Shown here: in pieces, positions 55,901 to 64,000 of the stretch
How the letters are laid out: the number at the start of each line of letters is the position of its first letter
Position numbering within the stretch: the first letter of the stretch is position 1
Assembly: GCF_009914755.1 (NCBI RefSeq)
Contig: NC_060925.1
Strand: one strand, 5' to 3'
DNA: 64,000 nucleotides
Source: the human T2T-CHM13v2.0 reference genome, Homo sapiens
Notes under the pieces: model-generated
Database searches by the model: none
The model's input: the letters and a program-made list of their open reading frames with translations, nothing else
Told to the model about the DNA's origin: nothing
Made by a program: the position numbers and the translations under genes

Positions 55901-58288
55901 CGCGGCGGGCAAAAAGCCGCGGCGGCATGGGGTAAAAAGCCGTGGCGGGCAACAAGCCGAGGCGGCGGGGGGTAAAAAGCCGTGGCGGGCAACAAGCCGA
56001 GGCGGGGTGGGGGCAAAAAGTCGCGGCGGCAGGGGACAAAAAGCTGCGGCGGCGGGGGCTAAAAAGCCGTGGCGGCGGGGGGCAAAAAGCCGCGGCGGGC
56101 AAAAAGCCGAGGCGGGGTGGGGGCAAAAAGCCGCGGCGGGTGAAAAGTCGCGGGGGCAGGAGGGAAAAAGCCACGGCGGGAAAAAGCCGCAGCGGCGAGG
56201 GGGCAAAAAGCCACGGGATGCAAAAAGCGGCGGGGTGCCAAAAGCGGCGGGGTGCAAAAGGCGGCGGGGGGCAAAAAGTCGCAGCGGCGGGGGGCAGGCA
56301 AAAAGCCGCGGCGACAAAATTCGCAACGGCGAGGGGTCAAAAAGCCGGGGCGGACTAAAAGCCCTGGCGCCGGGGGGGGCACAAAGCCGCGGCGGGCAAA
56401 AAGCCACGGCGGCGGGGGCGCAAAAAGCCGCAGCGGCGGGTGGGGGCAGAAAGCCGCGGCGGGCAGAAAGCCGAGGCAAGGTGGGGGCAAAAAGCCGCGG
56501 CGGCAGAGGAGCAAAAAGCCGCGGCGGCGGGTGTGTGGCAGAAAGCCGCGGCGGGCAAAAAGCCGCGGCGGCGAGGGGGGCACAAATCCGCGGCGGGCAA
56601 AAAGTCGCGGCGGCGGGGGACAAAAAGCTGTGGCGGCGGGGGCTAAAAAGCCGCGGCGGCGGGGGGCAAAAAGCCTCAGCAGGCAAAAAGGCGAGGCGGG
56701 GTGAGGGCAAAAAGCTGCGGCGGGTAAAAGGCCGCAGGGGCAGGGGGGAAAAGCCACCGCGGGGGAAAAAGCCGCGGCGGCGGGGGGGCAAAAAGCGGCG
56801 GGGGGCAAAAAGCCGCGACGGGCAAAAAGCCGAGGCAGGGTGGGGGCAAAAAGCCGCGGCGGCGGGTGGGTGGCAGAAAGCCGCGGCGGCGAGGGGGGCA
56901 CAAAGCCACGGCGGGCAAAAAGCTGCGGCGGCGGGGGGTAAAAAGCCGTGGCGGGCAACAAGCCGAGGCGGGGTGGGGGCAAAAAGTCGCGGCGGCAGGG
57001 GACAAAAAGCCGCGGCGGCGGGGCTAAAAAGCCGCGGCGGCGGGGGGCAAAAAGCCGAGGCGGGGTGGGGGCAAAAAGCCGCGGCGGGTGAAAAGTCGCG
57101 GGGGCAGGGGGGAAAAAGCCACGGCGGGAAAAAGCCGCGGCGGCGAGGGGACAGAAAGCCGCGGCGGCAAAAAGCCAAGGCCCCGAGTGTGCAAAAACCT
57201 GTGTCGGCGGTGGGGCAAAAAGCCGCGGCGGCAGAGGGGCAAAAAGCCGCGGCGGCGGGTGTGTGGCAGAATGCCGCGGCGGGCAAAAAGCCGCGGCGGC
57301 GAGGGGGGCACAAATCCGCAGCGGGCAAAAAGCCGAGGCGGGCAAAAAGCCGAGGCAGGGTGGGGGCAAAAAGCCGCGGCGGCGGGTGGGTGGCAGAAAG
57401 CCGCGGCGGCGAGGAGGGCACAAAGCCGCGGCGGGCAAAAAACCGCGGCGGCGGGGACTAAAAAGCCGCGGCGGCGGGGGGCAAAAAGCCGCGGCGGTGG
57501 GGGCAAAAAGCCGCAGCGGGCAAAAAGCCGAGGCGGCGTGGGGGCAAAAAGCCGCGGCGGGTGAAAAGTCGTGGGGGCAGGGGGGGAAAATCCACGGCGG
57601 GAAAAAGCCGCGGCGGCGAGGGGGCAAAAAGCCGTGGGGTGCAAAAAGCGGCGGGGTGCCAAAAGCGGCGGGGTGCAAAAGGCGGCGGGGGGCAAAAAGC
57701 CGCAGCGGCGGGGGGCGGGCAAAAAGCCGCGGCGACAAAATTCGCAACGGCGAGGGGTCAAAAAGCCGGGGCGGACTAAAAGCCCTGGCGCCGGGGGGGC
57801 ACAAAGCCGCGGCGGGCAAAAAGCCGCGGCGGCGGTGGCGCAAAAAGCCACGGCGGGCAAAAACCCGAGGCGGGGTGGGGGCTAGAAGCCGCGGCGGCGG
57901 TGGGGCAAAAAGCCACGCCGGCGGGGGGTAAAAAGCCGCGGTGGGGAAAAAGCCATGGCGGCGGGGGGCAAAAAGCCGCCGCGGCGGGCAAAAAGCCCAG
58001 GCGGGTAAAAAGCCGTGGGGGCAGGGGGGAAAAAGCCACGGCGAGGAAAAAGCTGTGGCGGCGGGGGTGCAAAAAGCGGCGGGGTGCAAAATGCCGCAGC
58101 AGCGGGAGACAAAAAGCCGCGGCGGCAAAATTCGCAGCGGCGAGGGGTCAAAAAGCCGCGGCGGGCTAAAAGCCCTGGCGCCGGGGGGGCACAAAGCAGC
58201 GGCGGGCAAAAAGCCTAGGCGGGGTGGGGGGAATAAGCCTCGGCGGCGGGGGGGCGAAAAGCCGGGGCGGCGGCGGCGGAGGGCGAAA
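52932..58288 (+). repeat. GC-rich, CpG-dense 'CAAAAAG' tandem array (core GGCAAAAAGCCGCGGCG), ~5.35 kb
   Basis: Hundreds of variable short units, each an A4-6 tract plus GCCGCGGCG plus a G run; T-poor on +. Resembles the GC-rich repeats known from human pericentromeric duplication junctions. Confidence 0.95.
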
Positions 58289-59709
58289 TAATGGAGATGG
58301 AGTGGAAGGCCGGCACAGCTTGGCATTGCTGGAGTGCGATGTGATAGGAAATTTCCTTTTTAAAAAAAATCACTGATATGTTTCTATTTCGCAATAGATA
58401 AAAGCTAGTATTTCAGCCTACCATTGAGTGTACTTATAGCTCACCAAAAGGGCACTCTGTCTCGGGAATACAGATTTGCCTAGAGTTATCCTATTGCAGT
58501 CAAAGAAAGAGCAATGAGGGATAGAAAAGGTTAGTGATGGAGACACCAGCGCTGCATTTTGCAACAAACAATGTAAAAACTTTACGGATTGGTTCTGCTA
58601 AATTACTACAGTTTACATTCCTCTCAGGTGAGAGAATTGTTGCGTTTTTTCTTAAGATAGAAAAGCAATTCAGATAATCTGAAATCTCCACAAGAAGGAT
58701 AAGAAGCACAGCAGAAACTATTCTAGGCAGGAAGTCAATCCTTTCAACTGTCTGTCCTCCATAGAAACAATTGTCTGCACTGGGAGTCATATGAGGTACA
58801 GACCACAGCCAGACCTCTGATCCTCTCATTAGTGATTTCAGAAGAAATTACCAGTCAACTGAGTAACTCACTGAGTAAAGTAAACATTTGGCACTGAAAG
58901 AGGTTAGACGGATAACTATTTGTATCACCATATTCATGAAGCTGGAATATGTTCCATTACTCGTATGACATCCGAATGGAAGATGTTGAAAGGCCTCTCA
59001 GCTTGTAAGATGGATATGAAAGAACATTTTCTGAGAAATGAAATTATTAACACACCTGCGAGGTGGATGGAAGAGAAAAAAAAGAATAATCAGCTTGAGT
59101 TCTCCTTGATAAGAGAACTCACTAAAAACATAAAGAGAAAAATAAAAGTTTAAAATAATTAGCCAGAAGAAGACGACTCTAGAGATTTTAAATTGCTGAT
59201 AAGATTTTAATTTGCTCCAAGTTGAAAATAATTATATTGCTTGTGTTTTAAGGCACATAATGAGCAATTATATCACACATGATAGTTTCAGCAGTAAAAT
59301 AGTATCCGTTAACAGCTGGAACTCATAAAAACATGGCACAATGTGAAGATGGAATTTGCTAAAATAAACCATCTGCTGAAAACTACTATTCTGCAAATTT
59401 AAAAATGAAGTTTAAATGTTATTTGTCTTATTTAATAGGTCTGTGAAAAAAATGCGATGTTTGAAAAGTAGGTGCTACCTTAATTAGTTTTTTATGTTAG
59501 ACGGCTGGTTACAGTAATGCACAGTAAGGTGCTACATAGATATGTTGCTAATTTTCTGCATATACTATGTATTTTGCTTAAATTATTTGAAATTTTATAG
59601 TTAAAGTAACAAATGTATACTTAAATGTTTTGACACAAATTGAAAATATACCTTTAAAAAGCGTCTTACACTCTAAATATTATTTGTCACCTATATATTT
59701 GTCTTTTCT

Positions 59710-60731
<1,022 letters not shown>

Positions 60732-61625
60732 TTATTTGACAATATTGCAGTTGTGTGTGGGTGTGTGCCTGTGTAGCTACTCTTTAAATTTGTTCTCACA
60801 TAATGATTAGATACTAACAATTAATTCAGTAAAATGTATGTTTTGCAATATTTCTCCATGTTGTTATGCTTTAAATTAGTTTAATCATGCCCCTATGATG
60901 TGTACATTTTAACCTTTCACTATAGGTCTCAATCTTGCTTTGGATCCTGTATTTCAATTTATGCTAACAAAGTCCTACAGCTAAAAAAGATTATATAAAC
61001 TTAGCTACATTTTTACTAGTATTCTGGTGTCATTTTAAATTATGTAATGAAATCGAATTTTAATTTGGATTATTGTTATCTGAGTTAAGGATATAAATTT
61101 TTAATTTTCTTATAAATATTACATAATTATTTCTGAACCATATATTGACTAATCTGCCCTTTATATGATGTGCATTATAAGAGCTTGGGATTGTTTCATT
61201 TGGAAAGATGAATGCTGGAGAAGTAGATATTTAATCATAACATTTCAAAATCTACTGGATAACCTAGAATTGAAAAATAGACTATAGGTTGAAAAACTCC
61301 TGTAGTGAAGAAAGAAAATAACTAATATACATTGACAGTATAAATATTATAAGTATTTATTTTATTAACGCCCTGAAATTTGATAATACAAACATGTAAT
61401 ATCTACATATCATCCATATATCAGGTCATAAAAAATCAATACATTCTTCAAAAATTTAGCATAACAGAAAATGCACTATCTCTCCTTGATGGAATTAAGT
61501 TACAAATAAAAGTAAAAATAAGTAGATAAGTAGATGGAAGTAGATGTTTAAAAACAAAGAAAAATGTTTGTTTGGGATAACATAAAATCTCAATTGACAA
61601 TTCCAATATTTCCAGAACTTTGCCT

Positions 61626-61812
61626 GTCAACTGGTGGAGAGTTTTCCCCAGGAGACATTTGTCAATGTCTAGGGTTATTGTGGGGATGTCAAGACTGGTG
61701 GAGGCGTGAAATTTAGAGGTCAAACGAAACACCTAGCATTGCTAGGGCAGCCTCCCACAACAAAGAATCCTCTGGTCCTAAAGGTAAGTAGCACCAAGGT
61801 TGAGAAACCATA
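61626..61812. mobile_element. MER20 fragment (paralog of 25752-25940)
   Basis: Mirror copy. Confidence 0.8.
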
Positions 61813-61927
61813 ACCTAGACAGGAAACACTACGTAGCTATGCCAAGTGTTCAGGAAAACACATCAGTGCCCTCGAGGGGAAAAGTGTAAACATTTTAATT
61901 GCTGTACATGGTGACACAAATCCATGT

Positions 61928-62358
61928 TGTTAATCTAAGTGGAAGGAGCTGAAACACAAAACGTAATTCAAAGAGTTTACTTGAGCCACAATGAGGACAG
62001 CTGCCTGGAAGAAACAGACCCAAGTATCCCTGGATATGAACTCCCTTTGGAGCTTTGCAACAAGCAGTTTCTTAAAGGCAAAAAAGGGCCCAGAAGTGTG
62101 ATGATGCAAAGAGGTTTGTCACAAATTCTCATTGGCTTATGGAAATAACATTTATTAGTGACTGGCTATACACGGTTACACTATTATGGGGTGTGGATTA
62201 TAGTGTCTGGTGTGGCGTTATTGGTTAATTTATAGCTACTGTGGCAACAGCAAGCAGCCTAGATGAACACACAGCTCAAAGAGGAGAAGGACAGAACTGC
62301 TGTCTCATTTGAATATCTCTCTGGGCCTGATTATTTAAAGGGACTTGCATTTCTCACA
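61928..62358 (-). mobile_element. MER4-group ERV1 LTR (paralog of 25207-25637)
   Basis: Mirror copy. Confidence 0.65.
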
Positions 62359-62561
62359 TGAAAGTTATTTTCTTTACTCAATGTCCATAAATGAGAATAA
62401 ATAGACGTAAAATAGATCTTTTTGAGGATGAAGTAAATGGAATGAAAAACAAAACCCAAGCTAACCAGAAATCATAGAGGGAAGAAAAGGTTATAAATAT
62501 ATGGATTTTTCAAAGTGATTCTAAGCTATTAGGAATCAGTTAAATGTTGGGAGATTCTGTC

Positions 62562-63111
62562 TGAGAATAGGCTAAAGGAGAATGTCCCTTTTGCCTTCTG
62601 AAGTTTCCCTGAAAATCACTAATAGGAGGCAGATAAATAGTAGAAAAGGCATACAGGTTTCTGCAATGTGTGTACACTGGAGCCCTTAGAACGAAGACCC
62701 AGACACACGATGCGTGCAGAAGCTTATCTACCACATGAAATTTACAAAAAGAATGGGGTCTTGGATCACAGGGAAAAAAAAAGAAAGGTTATGTGAGAAA
62801 ACGACCCTGGCTAGCAACAGTGGACTTATTACCTAGGTGGAATCTCACTGGGAGCAGTCCTCAGAGAGAATAGACAGAAAATGTTTCTTTCAGACATTTG
62901 GAGACCTCAGACTCTCAGTTAAACTTTCCTAGATCCAGACAAGGGGGCAGACCTCAGAGAAAGCCTGGCTGCATCAAGGGAGTTTCTCTACCGATGCAAA
63001 TCTCCCCAAGACAGCTTTGCAGCTAACTTTGCATTTCCAGCCCTTCTCAATAGCCATTTTGAAATATATCAAGGAAATATATTTAGGGGTAAAATATATT
63101 AGTTTCCCTCA
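62562..63111 (-). mobile_element. MER34-family LTR (paralog of 24454-25002)
   Basis: Mirror copy. Confidence 0.8.
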
Positions 63112-64000
63112 TACAGGTATAAAACATACAGGAATAATTTTTGTCAATATCTACTACAAATCCAATATAGCAGTAATTATAAAACCCACCAGATATTGAA
63201 GAAAAATTATGTAGAGTACCTCAATTACAAATGTTGATACTAAAATGCTAAATAAAATAAAAATAATATCCAACAATATTTGAAACAGTAAGACAAGAAA
63301 TTGGCAAAAAAAAAAAAAAAAAAAACAAAAAACAAATATGCACCTTGGGGATGAAAGTGTGTTTCCAAATTTGGTAATCCAATAATATTAATAATCATAT
63401 TGATTAGCCCAAATTAAAAATAAATAGGGGATTCTCAGTACATGCTAAAGTATATTTGTTAAAAGGCAATATTCATGTCTTTAAATATTTTAAATGCTAT
63501 AAAGAGTCTGATATTCTATATGCAAACATGTGTATGTCCATTAGAAGAAGAGAGGCCTGGTTTTCATATGTCACTACAAAGAGATAGAGAAGTGGATAGA
63601 TAATTTGCATATGCATAGAGAAAGCATAACATAGAAATTTACTATCATATTAAAGGAATTTTAATTCAACAATAAAATAATTCAAAGGTAAAATTTTAAA
63701 TATTTTTAACAGGTACATTATTATTAGATAATATTTATACTAATTGTGAAAATATTCAATGCTAAAATAAGATACAATGTCTAAACATCAGTATTAAAAC
63801 TAGTATAACATTTGCTTGTTTATACAAGGAAAATTCAAGCTCGACCTAAAATTATATGGGAAATAAAAGAAAAATTTTAAGAGAGCTCTTTAATAACATA
63901 ATCATATGTATACATACACACACATATATAACATGTATATATGTTATATGGTATAGATATAGATTTAACATGTTATATATATATTTGTATCTATAACTAC

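Noticed and set aside
52932-58288. Identification as rDNA, D4Z4/DUX4, SVA VNTR or telomere-associated repeat
   Set aside because: No rRNA motifs, homeodomain ORF, SVA hexamer/SINE-R or TTAGGG recognised.
52774-58326. Very long ORFs (609-804 aa), histone-tail-like on + and Pro/Arg-rich on -
   Set aside because: Open in nearly all frames on both strands because the repeat rarely forms stops; no evidence of coding selection.

Overview
Human or great-ape pericentromeric DNA at a satellite/segmental-duplication boundary. No intact protein-coding gene is supported. Left to right: (1) about 13.65 kb of HSat2 (HSATII) satellite, with a more divergent ~0.9 kb outer edge, ending abruptly on an old L1 fragment. 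(2) About 34 kb of AT-rich, exon-poor sequence full of old repeats (L1M, L2, MaLR/ERV LTRs, Tigger, MER20, Alu). (3) A ~2.35 kb, almost G-free (CATTT)n array. (4) A short duplicon with an unprocessed copy of KSR1 exon 1 on the minus strand, with open frame, CTG/ATG starts and splice donor retained. (5) A ~5.35 kb CpG-dense GGCAAAAAGCCGCGGCG ('CAAAAAG') array sitting where the KSR1 promoter would be. (6) A >=5.6 kb inverted paralog of 23583-29213 that starts ~60 bp after that array and runs off the window. The best candidate for something new is the possible chimeric unit of CAAAAAG array plus KSR1 exon 1, pointing toward the satellites. It is a hypothesis only. All long ORFs in the track are compositional artefacts of repeats. 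Repeat family names and the KSR1 comparison come from recalled sequences, not a search, and most boundaries are approximate.
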